This document shows positions 42,191 to 51,487 of a DNA stretch of 64,000 nucleotides, piece after piece. A model generated the notes under the pieces. That model was given only the letters and a program-made list of their open reading frames with translations. It did not search any database and was not told where the DNA came from. Source of the DNA: Thermodesulfobacteriota bacterium (lineage in GTDB: Bacteria; Desulfobacterota; Desulfarculia; JACQYL01); assembly GCA_963675595.2 (NCBI GenBank), contig CAXXLZ010000001.1:1152001-1216000 (forward strand). Direction: 5' to 3'. Positions within the stretch are counted from its first letter, which is position 1, and every line of letters starts with the position of its first letter. The position numbers and the translations under genes are program-made.

Positions 42191-42395
42191 GATGCTTCGC
42201 TCCAAGGGAAGAATGCCGGGCGGCGCATCGGCCCGGGAGAAAAAGACACCATAAAGGAAAAGGCGGTCCAAGGCAAGAAGAGGCAATAAGGTGATCCAAC
42301 TCACGGGAGCGCGCCGTCAACGTCGGAGCGAAGAAATGAATTGCTCTGTCTAAGAATTCATGATAGAAATAAAGATTCAGTGACGATGTAGCTAC

Positions 42396-42472
42396 GGTGG
42401 GTGTAGCTCAGTTGGCAGAGCACCGGGTTGTGGCCCCGGTTGTCGTGGGTTCAAGTCCCATCACTCACCCCA
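42396..42472 (+). tRNA. tRNA-His (GUG)
   Basis: G-1 GTGGGTG acceptor stem / CACTCAC C CCA; anticodon arm CCGGG-TTGTGGC-CCCGG; T-loop TTCAAGT. Confidence 0.97.
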
Positions 42473-42482
42473 AAGAATAAGC

Positions 42483-42512
42483 AGGGCCGGATAGTTCATC
42501 CGGCCCTTTTTT
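42483..42512 (+). terminator. Terminator after tRNA-His
   Basis: AGGGCCGGAT-AGTTC-ATCCGGCCCT followed by a T run. Confidence 0.85.
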
Positions 42513-42602
42513 GTGTCTGTGGTTTTGACGAGACTCAAGCCTTGGAGGTTATGTCGGGAACTGCGTGCCGACGCTCCCGAGGCTTTTTGTTGCGTGCGGG
42601 AA

Positions 42603-44501
42603 TCACTCTTTTTTTCCGTAACCGATGGTCTTCAACGCCCCCTCGATTTCGCCGAGGACAGTCGGATCGTCGATGGTTGAAGGCATTCGGAATTCCTCGC
42701 TGTCCGCGATTTTCCTCATCGTGCCTCTGAGGATTTTCCCGGATCGGGTCTTGGGGAGTCGGTCCACCACCACCGCCTGTTTGAAGCAGGCAATGGGGCC
42801 GATCTGCTCGCGCACCATTTTGACCAACTCAGCCACGATGTCGCTCTTGTCGCGTGTTACCCCCGCTTTGAGCACCACGCAACCGATGGGCACCTGTCCC
42901 TTGAGATCGTCGTTAACCCCGAGAACGGCGCACTCCGCCACGTCCCGGTGCTGGGCCAGAACTTCTTCCATTCCCCCCGTGGAGAGCCGATGTCCGGCCA
43001 CATTGATCACGTCGTCCGTTCTTCCCATGACCCAGACGTAACCTTCATCGTCGATATGTCCCCCATCCCCCGTGAGATAATATCCAGGGAACGGGTCCAT
43101 GTAGGATTCTTTGAATCTCCGGTCGTTCTGCCAAAGGGTCATGAAATTCCCGGGGGGCAGAGGCAGCTTGACCGTGATGGCGCCGCCTTTGTTGGCCGGC
43201 AAAGGCTTTCCGTTTTCAGGATCCAGAATGGTTACGGCATACCCGGGCATGGGCTTGGTGGCCGAGCCCGGTTTTACCGGGAACGTCTCCAAACCTCTGA
43301 AGTTTCCGGCGATGGCCCAGGCGGTTTCGGTCTGCCACCAGTGATCGATTACAGGCTTTTTCAGGAGTTCGGCCGCCCAATGGTAAGTGTCCGGGTCCAA
43401 TCTTTCGCCCGCCAAAAACAGGGAATCGAAATGGGAGATGTCGTACTTCTTCAGATATTCACCTTGGGCGTCCTCCCGCTTGATGGCCCGGAACGCAGTG
43501 GGCGCGGTAAAAAGTACTTTGACCCTGTGGTCGGAGATGACGCGCCAGAAGGCTCCCGGGTCCGGAGTACCGACGGGCTTCCCCTCATACAGGATGGTGG
43601 TGGCGCCCAACAGCAGCGGGCCGTACACGATGTACGAATGACCGACTACCCAGCCCACGTCGGAAGCCGCCCAGTACACTTCACCGGGTTGAATCCCGTA
43701 GATGTTCCGCATGCTCCACTTCAGGGCCACGGCGTGTCCGCCGTTGTCTCTGACCACGCCTTTGGGCATTCCCGTGGTTCCCGAAGTATAGAGGATGTAC
43801 AGCGGGTCCGTGGCCTTGACGGGTACGCAGGCGGCGGGCTCCGCCGACGCCTCCAGCTCTTCCCAATCAAAGTCTCTCTCGGGGATCAGGTCCGCTTTTG
43901 CCTGCGGACGCTGGAAAATTACACATTTTTTCGGCTTGTGTGAGGCGATCCCAATGGCCTCGTCCAGGAGAGGTTTATACGGGATGGTCTTTTTGCCTTC
44001 GATTCCACAAGACGCGGACAGGATGACTACGGGTTTGGCATCGTCGATGCGGATGGCAAGCTCTCTCGGGGCGAAACCTCCGAACACCACCGAGTGGATG
44101 GCTCCGAGACGTGCGCACGCCAGCATACCGACCAGGGCTTCGGGGATCATGGGCATGTAGAGAACCACACGGTCTCCTTTTTCCACCCCCAATGCCTTCA
44201 GGAAACCGGCCGCTCTTTCGACGCGTGAAAGAAGCTCTCTGTAAGTGAACTGCTTGGTGGTTCCAGTGACCGGGCTGTCATAGATTACGGCGGCCTGCTC
44301 GCCCCTCCCCGTTTCCACGTGCAGGTCCAATGCGTTATAACAGGTATTGAGCTCACCGCCCACAAACCATTTCCAGAACGGTGGGTTCGAAACGTCGAGG
44401 ACATTGTCCCACTTCTTGTACCAAGTGATGTCTTCCGCCGCCTTGCCCCAAAAGGTTTCCGGACTCTGCAACGACTCCCTGTAAGCCTCTTCGTAGGTCA
44501 T
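42603..44501 (-). CDS. prpE: Propionyl-CoA synthetase (acyl-CoA ligase)
   Basis: YILYTSGTTGMPKGVVRDNGGH, DHWWQTET, GRTDDVINVAGHRLSTG, PKTRSGKILRG. Confidence 0.9.
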   Translation of the reverse strand: MTYEEAYRESLQSPETFWGKAAEDITWYKKWDNVLDVSNPPFWKWFVGGELNTCYNALDLHVETGRGEQAAVIYDSPVTGTTKQFTYRELLSRVERAAGFLKALGVEKGDRVVLYMPMIPEALVGMLACARLGAIHSVVFGGFAPRELAIRIDDAKPVVILSASCGIEGKKTIPYKPLLDEAIGIASHKPKKCVIFQRPQAKADLIPERDFDWEELEASAEPAACVPVKATDPLYILYTSGTTGMPKGVVRDNGGHAVALKWSMRNIYGIQPGEVYWAASDVGWVVGHSYIVYGPLLLGATTILYEGKPVGTPDPGAFWRVISDHRVKVLFTAPTAFRAIKREDAQGEYLKKYDISHFDSLFLAGERLDPDTYHWAAELLKKPVIDHWWQTETAWAIAGNFRGLETFPVKPGSATKPMPGYAVTILDPENGKPLPANKGGAITVKLPLPPGNFMTLWQNDRRFKESYMDPFPGYYLTGDGGHIDDEGYVWVMGRTDDVINVAGHRLSTGGMEEVLAQHRDVAECAVLGVNDDLKGQVPIGCVVLKAGVTRDKSDIVAELVKMVREQIGPIACFKQAVVVDRLPKTRSGKILRGTMRKIADSEEFRMPSTIDDPTVLGEIEGALKTIGYGKKE

Positions 44502-44990
44502 CCTGCTCCCCCTTTCTGTGCGTTGATCAGAGTATCGTCGTGCCGGCGAACAATGGATATAACGTACACTCGGGTTCTGTCGATACTGCTTTCACGGTAA
44601 ATGCGCCGGTGCGGTATCGTGTCGGAATCCATGCCGTCTCCCAACTACGACCCTGTTGTCCCCCCTTTCCGCACTTCTATTGCGCCATCAAGGCTGTCAA
44701 GCAAGCACCATCTCGCTGGAATGATCACAGCGCAGTATTCGATGGAGAAACTGATTCGAAGAAGGAATTATATGAACCGGTTCGGGAGTCTCCGAAACCG
44801 AGGAGTGGACTTTGATCGTCCGAATAAGAGGCTCGTGACGTGAGGTCAATGCAATATTTCAGCTTACTTTTGGGTGGGTACGATCTTTACCGAGAGATTA
44901 TCAAGAAAGTCCAAAAGGGTCAAGTTAGAAGTGGAATCTCCACCACCAACAGGGGATATGCTTGAGGAACGAGTCCCTTAACGCTTCTTC

Positions 44991-46184
44991 TCATTTTCCC
45001 GCAGGCAGTAGGCATGACACTTCCGCCCGCAACTCCCCTGTGGGCATCCTCGCGGTGAGACGGCCATGGGAGGAGTCCGTGAGCTCCAGGCAGAGACTGT
45101 AACCCTGTCGCCCCGCATCGTCCTCCACCCGCAGCATATTTTCCCGAAGCCTTCCACGAAAAGCCACATACCCACGGGCATCCAACGTGGCCATGAGCAC
45201 GCAGTCCCCATTCTCGTAGGATTGCACGAAAAGATGGAACTCCTCATCTTCGTTGGACCAGATCCCGTTCCGGATACCTTTCACCATGGTGGGGGAATCC
45301 GTGGCATAGTCCGGCGATATCTCGTCCACGGCCTTCTCCTCGGCCATCTTGTCCGGTCCGAGACTCTTGAGCCATTGCAGAGCAGGAACACGCGCCTTCT
45401 TTCTTTTCTTGACTGCCACCACGATGTCTTGAAGACCGTAGTGGACGGGCTCCACTACTTCCAAGGCAAAATCCCTATAGAGTTCGCGAAGGTACGCCTC
45501 TTCGTAGGCAATGGCGTATTCCACCTCGATCTTGGATGCCGTCCGGTACCGATCGGCATGAAAGCGGAAATCGATATCGTTTCGTTTGCCCTCTTCGTCG
45601 GGAAGCCCTTCTTCCCGAAAGAGGAAATAGGTGATCAGGCACCGCCCGCCGGTTCGCATCACTCTCCGAATTTCGGAAAGATAGTGAGTCATGTCTTTCC
45701 TGAGCAGATGAGTAAAAACAGAGGAGGCCACCACAAAGTCGAAAGAATCGTCCGGATAAGGGAATCGAAAGGAAGACGCGGGCGAACGCCCCAACGGGTT
45801 ATAACGTTTGTTGTAAATGTCCGCGAAGCGAAACCGGAAATTGGGGCGGCGCGCCGTAATGTTTCGTGTGCACCACTCGATTCCTTCTTTATAGATGTCG
45901 AATCCTTCGAATGATCCCTTGTCGCTGAGATAGCCGGTCAGAGGAACGGCGATGCGCCCGCATCCGCAACCCACATCCAGAAGCCGATCATCCGGACGAA
46001 GGCCTCCCAAATTTACGAGATAGTCTCTGAAAGCCTCTCCCACGATCTTGAAATCGCCGCCGCCGACAAACTCGCGCATTTTCTCGGGTGGGAGCAACTC
46101 GCCTTCATGTTGGGAAGGAGAAACGGAAAGCATTCCTTGGCCTTTATGTGGTGAATGGTTTGCGGGATTTCGTCCGGCATGCAC
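44991..46184 (-). CDS. Class I SAM-dependent methyltransferase with an extra C-terminal domain
   Basis: LDVGCGCGR, SFDFVVASSVFTHL, GGRCLITYF; start uncertain. Confidence 0.85.
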   Translation of the reverse strand: MHAGRNPANHSPHKGQGMLSVSPSQHEGELLPPEKMREFVGGGDFKIVGEAFRDYLVNLGGLRPDDRLLDVGCGCGRIAVPLTGYLSDKGSFEGFDIYKEGIEWCTRNITARRPNFRFRFADIYNKRYNPLGRSPASSFRFPYPDDSFDFVVASSVFTHLLRKDMTHYLSEIRRVMRTGGRCLITYFLFREEGLPDEEGKRNDIDFRFHADRYRTASKIEVEYAIAYEEAYLRELYRDFALEVVEPVHYGLQDIVVAVKKRKKARVPALQWLKSLGPDKMAEEKAVDEISPDYATDSPTMVKGIRNGIWSNEDEEFHLFVQSYENGDCVLMATLDARGYVAFRGRLRENMLRVEDDAGRQGYSLCLELTDSSHGRLTARMPTGELRAEVSCLLPAGK

Positions 46185-46299
46185 GCATGAATCATTGGCC
46201 GAACTCGGATCCGGAACCCTGCGAACGTGAAGAACAGGGACAAAGAATTCATATCTATAGCAGGCCGACAGGCATTAGACAAGAGTCGCAGCCTCTCCC

Positions 46300-48032
46300 C
46301 AGCGATTCTCGGTGTTGAGAATTTGGGTGTGTTTAGGGAGATTTTGCCTTTGTAGAGATGCGAGGATAGGTGGAATGAGGGTCCGATTTTGCGCATGAGA
46401 GGGGAAAAAGCGTGGTGAGGCAGAGGGAAGACCGGAGTTTTTTGGACCGAAGGCGCACCGGTCCCATCAAAGTTCGGACCTTTGTTTGTGACCGATGGGT
46501 TATAGGAGGCCTTTTCGCCTCAGGGGGGGCGGGCGCTTTCGGGGTCCAGGACCAAAGCCAACAGGTCTTCCCACGACTCGAATACCAGAATCCGGATCGT
46601 GCAACGCAGCTGATTCCAGTACTCGGTTCGAGCACTGAATCCCGCCCGGCATTTTTGGTACAAGGGGTCCGTCAACTCGAAAATCTGATGGAAGAAAAAA
46701 GCCACCAAGTTCAGAAGGAAAAAGACGTAAGAGAGTTGATTCTTGCCGTGACCGAAATTGTGCTCGATATGATACCCTTGGTTCTTCAGTGTATTGAATC
46801 CTTCGTTTTCGATTTTCCATCGGGCTCTGCCGATCCTGACCAGTTCCGCCACGTTTTCCGCGTCAACCGGCATGTCCGTGACCCAGCTGTTCCGGTAGGT
46901 GATCTTTCCTCCATTCTCCAGACGGTAGGCAAAAAAATGGAGGTCGGGGGCATCTTCGTTTCCGTTGAGAGGCACGCCATGGACCCATTCGTAGCTATGC
47001 ACCCGTTTCTTGTCGTCGGTGATCTCCAGGCCCGCGATCTCTTGCATCCCCCGGAGTTCTTCGATCCACTCGAAGAGCACTTTGTGGTCCGCGGGTTTGG
47101 CGACCAGCACAAAGGACATGCTCGCCCGCTTCAGCTCGGCGATGAAAGGCTGTTTGGAATACAGTCCGTCACCGCCGATAATGATGTTGAGTTTGGGATG
47201 GTCCCGGCGGATGGCTTTCAATATCCGCTTCCCCGCGTTGATCTCACAATCCTGTTTTTGGACTCCATCCTTGTTCTGGATCGATTCCGGAGCCAAAGGC
47301 ACGACTTGACGGCGATCCGGGTGGACCAGGGCCGCTTGCAGGATTTGATGGTGGTAGCGAATCCGTCCTTTGGAGGATTTTTGAACTAGACATCCGGGAC
47401 AATGGATGGTTTCCGAGGAGAAATATTCCGACCCGTCGATCACAATGAGGTATCGGCCATCGAGAACCTGAAACGATTCCAGATGCTTGCCTCGCTGTAA
47501 GCGTCGGAAGAAATCGGAGAAGACGGCCTTGATCTCTCCCGGATCACTCGCGTCGATCACGTCCCGCAGTTGCGTGTCCCCGGGCATCTCCGTCACGGAG
47601 AACAAGGTCTTGAGGTTGTCGCGGTGGGTCCGTTCCTTCAGTCTGCGTTGGAACTGCAGGAGCGAGGGGTCCTGAAAGTACATCATGGCAAAGGCGCTCA
47701 TCAGACAATCGTGCAAAGAATAAACCGTCCGTCCCCCTCGCGGGTCCCCGACCTGCTCGAACCGACGGGACAGCGCCTTTCTCAAAGACACGAAGCTGAG
47801 GTGCTTCTTCATGTGCACCCTGGTAACCTCTACATATAGTATTCAATCTAATAAAGGCTACCATATATACACCAAAAGATCTACTTTAATTTCATAGCTA
47901 ATTCCAATAGGTTATGATCCTTCCGAAAGAAGGCTGTACTCGAACCGGCATCGCCGCTTTACGAAAAAATATTCTCGAATCAGCCTTATGTCCCTCGGCT
48001 TCGCCGACTATCTTTTTCACCGGGAATTGCTG
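46300..48032 (-). mobile_element. Insertion sequence (DDE, ISNCY/IS4-like) with 9-bp target duplication GCCTCTCCC
   Basis: TIRs CAGCGATTCTCGGTG and CAGCAATTCCCGGTG (13/15 match); GCCTCTCCC at 46291-46299 and 48033-48041. Confidence 0.92.
46520..47812 (-). CDS. DDE transposase
   Basis: IDGSEYF, KQDCEINA, GDGLYS, GRARWKIENEGFNTLKNQGYH.EHNFGHG. Confidence 0.92.
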   Translation of the reverse strand: MKKHLSFVSLRKALSRRFEQVGDPRGGRTVYSLHDCLMSAFAMMYFQDPSLLQFQRRLKERTHRDNLKTLFSVTEMPGDTQLRDVIDASDPGEIKAVFSDFFRRLQRGKHLESFQVLDGRYLIVIDGSEYFSSETIHCPGCLVQKSSKGRIRYHHQILQAALVHPDRRQVVPLAPESIQNKDGVQKQDCEINAGKRILKAIRRDHPKLNIIIGGDGLYSKQPFIAELKRASMSFVLVAKPADHKVLFEWIEELRGMQEIAGLEITDDKKRVHSYEWVHGVPLNGNEDAPDLHFFAYRLENGGKITYRNSWVTDMPVDAENVAELVRIGRARWKIENEGFNTLKNQGYHIEHNFGHGKNQLSYVFFLLNLVAFFFHQIFELTDPLYQKCRAGFSARTEYWNQLRCTIRILVFESWEDLLALVLDPESARPP

Positions 48033-48220
48033 GCCTCTCCCATTCAAGACTTCGCGTGATGGCTCCGGGTGAACGGGCAAGCGGGTTTGATCCGGCTTTG
48101 AGTGTGTGCTAAACACGGATTCTCAATGGAACGGACGGAGCACGCCCTTCCTCGGTACGGGTTCCGAGCGGCGACCGGGTGCGGGGAAGCTGTCTTATGC
48201 TCTCTTGCGGCAGCGGGGAC

Positions 48221-50515
48221 ATGAAAAAGCTCAGGGACGCCATATCCAAAGGCAAGGAACGGGAAGCTCTCCTATTGGCAAGAGAATTCTGGCCCATTCC
48301 CGAGCCCGGCGAGGATCGAAGCGAACCGACGGGAGCTGACGCCGAGGACGCGCTTCGAAATCGACTCCTCGGGCTGTTGAAGGTGTGGCCCCGGCAGGCC
48401 CTTAAGGAGCTCGGCTTGCATCCGGGCTTGGCCCGGGAACGGGAAGTCGAAAAGGCGCTGGCTTGCCGTATCCTGCTGCTGAACGACGAAGAATTCGAGC
48501 TGCTGCAAGCCGTGCCGGACGTTCCGTGGATGCAACACGCTCGAACCGTCCGATCCGCATCCGGGTTCATTTTTCAGGGAATGGACGATAAGGCCGCCGT
48601 TGAGCTCCGTTCTCTGCCCCACGGCTCCCCTTTCAGGGAGAGCCGCCTCTTCCTGAAAGGATTGTCTTGCTTCTACAGGTACCTGGACTCGGAGGCGATC
48701 AAGGCCTTCACCATGATAGAAGAGTCGGAGTGTCTGGGAGAAGTCTCGCGTGTGTTCCTTTACTTCTTGGGAGTGCGAAGCCATACCGACGGCGATGAGT
48801 TTCCTGAAAGTGATTCGGCCCTGTTTCAGGGACTGACGGCGGCGTTGGGCGAGGAAGGGCTGGCCGTGTCCGCCATGAACAGGGGCATCCGGGTCGCTTT
48901 GCGACGCCGGCAGGCAAACCACGCCATCCGGGAATTGTCCCGGCGCATTCCCGATCTTCATCCGGTTCATGCCGCCTTTCTCAAGCGGGATGTTGCTTCG
49001 GCCCTGCTGTTTTTGGGAATCTCTCCCGACGAAATCCGGAAACGATTCGCCAAGGCGCTTTCCAACGATTCCCTGGATCCCCGTCATCACCACATTCTCG
49101 CGCTGTTGCTTGAAAGTGTGGGAGACTATGCTCTCGCCGGGGATTCTTGGGCGTCCTTTCTGGAGAACGTGGAGGAGGGCGTGACCGCATACCCGGAAGA
49201 ACTCGAACCCTTCATCTTGGCCGGAGTTTGCCGGCATCTGGCACGGTTCCTGGTTCTCGATGCATCAAATCATTCCGTAGATCTCTTCGGGCACGTCGTC
49301 GAGGAGGACCAAGTCTTCGACCAGCTGGAAGAAGCTCACCGCCTGGCCTCGGTAGCCGTCACCGCGGATCCGGGGAGCCGGGAGAATTGGTTCACCCTCG
49401 TCGACATTACAGAGCGGCTGGAAGACGCCAAAGGGCTTTGGCACATACTTGAGAACATGCTTGAATACTTTCCGGACGATGCCGAGGTCTTGGCTCGTTG
49501 CGCCGAGGAGGCCGGGAAGCGGGGCTCGACGGACAAAGCCCTCAAGTTCATTCGCCGTGCCGTTGAGATCGAACCTTTGAATCGTTCTCACAGACGCAGA
49601 GAAGCAAACCTGTTTCTGGTCAAAGCCGGGAAATACGTTCGCAAGGAGGCCTACAAGAAAGCTCTGGAAACCTACGAATCGGCTCGGTCGGTCTCTCATC
49701 TCGACAAACCGACCCGATTGCGGATCAGCGGTGAGCTGGCGGCGTTTTATGAGCTGCTCGACAGCCCCGAGGATATCAGACGAGAAAAGAATCGAATCCT
49801 TTTGTCCATTCCCAAATCGTGGCTTTGGACGGCCTATTTCGTGTTGGGACGTGTGCGCATACAGCGACAGTCGAAACGCAAGCCGCTGAGCGGATTTTCG
49901 ATCTACGATTTCATCGATGCGCGAGCGGATATCCTTCCTGAAGAGCTCATGGAACTGACGGACCTCGTATCCGTCGATGCGGCCGATGATCGTGCGGGTC
50001 GCCAAGAGCTGATGATGCTTTTTCGTACGGCAATGAGCCGAGGTGTTTCGTTCATCGAAAAGGAAGACGACTTTCAACGGCTGATTCGAACCGCATTGGA
50101 TTTGCGTTTGAACGGAGAAGAGTCTCTTCTGGCGTCTGCGGAACGAGCCGATGAACTCTATCCGGGACGGCCGCTTTTCGTCTATGTCAGGTATCGCACC
50201 GCGCTTCTGCTGAGACGACCGTCCGCTTATTTTTCGGAAGCCGTGCAGGTCCTTCGTACTCAGGCTCATGAATGGGACGAACGGGACATTGATGAAATGG
50301 TGGCTCTGGAGGAGTTGTTCAACCTCGCGAACAAGGGCTTCGTTTATCCCTTTGGTCGTTCCGGCGGCAATCCTTTTTTGGAATTGGTCAACGACGTGGA
50401 GCGCTATTGCAGAAAAGCCGATAAAGAATCGGAGAGAGCGGAATCCCTTGGGAATGACGGGCAATATTGCCTATCCTTTCTTTCTCCGGATGAAGATACG
50501 GAGCCGGAATCATGA
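48221..50515 (+). CDS. Large helical TPR-containing hypothetical protein, first gene of the Hsp70 operon
   Basis: TPR-like segments (ALKFIRRAVEIEPLN); ATGA overlap with the next gene. Confidence 0.78.
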   Translation: MKKLRDAISKGKEREALLLAREFWPIPEPGEDRSEPTGADAEDALRNRLLGLLKVWPRQALKELGLHPGLAREREVEKALACRILLLNDEEFELLQAVPDVPWMQHARTVRSASGFIFQGMDDKAAVELRSLPHGSPFRESRLFLKGLSCFYRYLDSEAIKAFTMIEESECLGEVSRVFLYFLGVRSHTDGDEFPESDSALFQGLTAALGEEGLAVSAMNRGIRVALRRRQANHAIRELSRRIPDLHPVHAAFLKRDVASALLFLGISPDEIRKRFAKALSNDSLDPRHHHILALLLESVGDYALAGDSWASFLENVEEGVTAYPEELEPFILAGVCRHLARFLVLDASNHSVDLFGHVVEEDQVFDQLEEAHRLASVAVTADPGSRENWFTLVDITERLEDAKGLWHILENMLEYFPDDAEVLARCAEEAGKRGSTDKALKFIRRAVEIEPLNRSHRRREANLFLVKAGKYVRKEAYKKALETYESARSVSHLDKPTRLRISGELAAFYELLDSPEDIRREKNRILLSIPKSWLWTAYFVLGRVRIQRQSKRKPLSGFSIYDFIDARADILPEELMELTDLVSVDAADDRAGRQELMMLFRTAMSRGVSFIEKEDDFQRLIRTALDLRLNGEESLLASAERADELYPGRPLFVYVRYRTALLLRRPSAYFSEAVQVLRTQAHEWDERDIDEMVALEELFNLANKGFVYPFGRSGGNPFLELVNDVERYCRKADKESERAESLGNDGQYCLSFLSPDEDTEPES

Positions 50516-50820
50516 ATCCGTACCTGGTGTTGGGATTGTCTCCGGAGGCGGGCGACGAGGAAGCGGAGGCGCGGTATCGGGAAATGGCGGAACGCTTTCC
50601 GCCCGACGTCTGCCCCATCGAATTTTCCCTCATTCGACGAGCCTACGAGATGATCAGCGACGAGCGTCGGCGTATCGAAACGCTGCTTTTCCATTTCGAT
50701 TCCATCGTCGGTGTATCGATGGGCGGGTCTCGTGAGCACACGAAGGCCGTGCGTAGGGATCGAATTCCACCGGAGCAACTGGCGTTGCTCCTGCGAGGTG
50801 GGCGCGATGAACTCCCCTGA
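50512..50820 (+). CDS. Small J-domain protein with PPD instead of HPD
   Basis: NPYLVLGL..EARYREMAERFPPD..F..IRRAYEMI. Confidence 0.82.
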   Translation: MNPYLVLGLSPEAGDEEAEARYREMAERFPPDVCPIEFSLIRRAYEMISDERRRIETLLFHFDSIVGVSMGGSREHTKAVRRDRIPPEQLALLLRGGRDELP

Positions 50821-51475
50821 AGCGCTTCGAGATGAATTGCTGGCGATTCTGAGAGAAGAAACGGGTCGATTCCGAGAGGAGGATTTGTCGGAGGTCATGG
50901 GTCCGGCGGTCGACCTTTGTTCCCTGCTTTCGGAAATGATCGCTTTGAAACGGGAAGTCAGGGCGAACACCGTAGCGTCCAGGCAGTATCAGGAACTCAT
51001 GGGTCAGGCGCTGGCGTCACTGCAGATGAAACAGAGTCGGGCCGAAGCGGAAGAAGAACAGCTGAAAGGAAAACTGAACGGTCTCAGAAAAGAGCATAGG
51101 GAAAGAGTGATCTCTTTGTTGATCGAGACGGCGGACCGGCTGGAAGATTCCTTGCGGCTGTCTCGGAGGCGGGCGAAACGGAGGGGGCCTTTCAGGCTTT
51201 TCAAGCCCCACAAAGCCGCCGTGGCCCTAACGGAAGGGCTTTCGCACACGCTGAACAGGGTTCGATGGAGGCTGGAGGAGACAGGAGTGACGAGGATCCC
51301 CACGCTGGACCGACAATTTGACCCCGAGCTCATGGAGGCCTTGGAGGTAGGCAGAAGAAAAGACGCGCCCGATGGACGCGTACTTGAGGAGTTGGTCGCC
51401 GGGTATAGGACGGCGGGACGTGTCATAAGGTTCGCGCAGGTAGTTGTGAATCGTTTACCGGACAAGCAGAAATGA
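50807..51475 (+). CDS. GrpE-like nucleotide exchange factor
   Basis: Coiled coil followed by FDPELMEA, VLEELVAGY, VIRFAQVVV. Confidence 0.88.
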   Translation: MNSPEALRDELLAILREETGRFREEDLSEVMGPAVDLCSLLSEMIALKREVRANTVASRQYQELMGQALASLQMKQSRAEAEEEQLKGKLNGLRKEHRERVISLLIETADRLEDSLRLSRRRAKRRGPFRLFKPHKAAVALTEGLSHTLNRVRWRLEETGVTRIPTLDRQFDPELMEALEVGRRKDAPDGRVLEELVAGYRTAGRVIRFAQVVVNRLPDKQK

Positions 51476-51487
51476 GGTCTGAAATTA

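Noticed and set aside
42396-42472. tRNA-His as the attachment site of an integrated island
   Set aside because: No integrase or duplicated tRNA 3' end was noticed, and the flanking genes are housekeeping.
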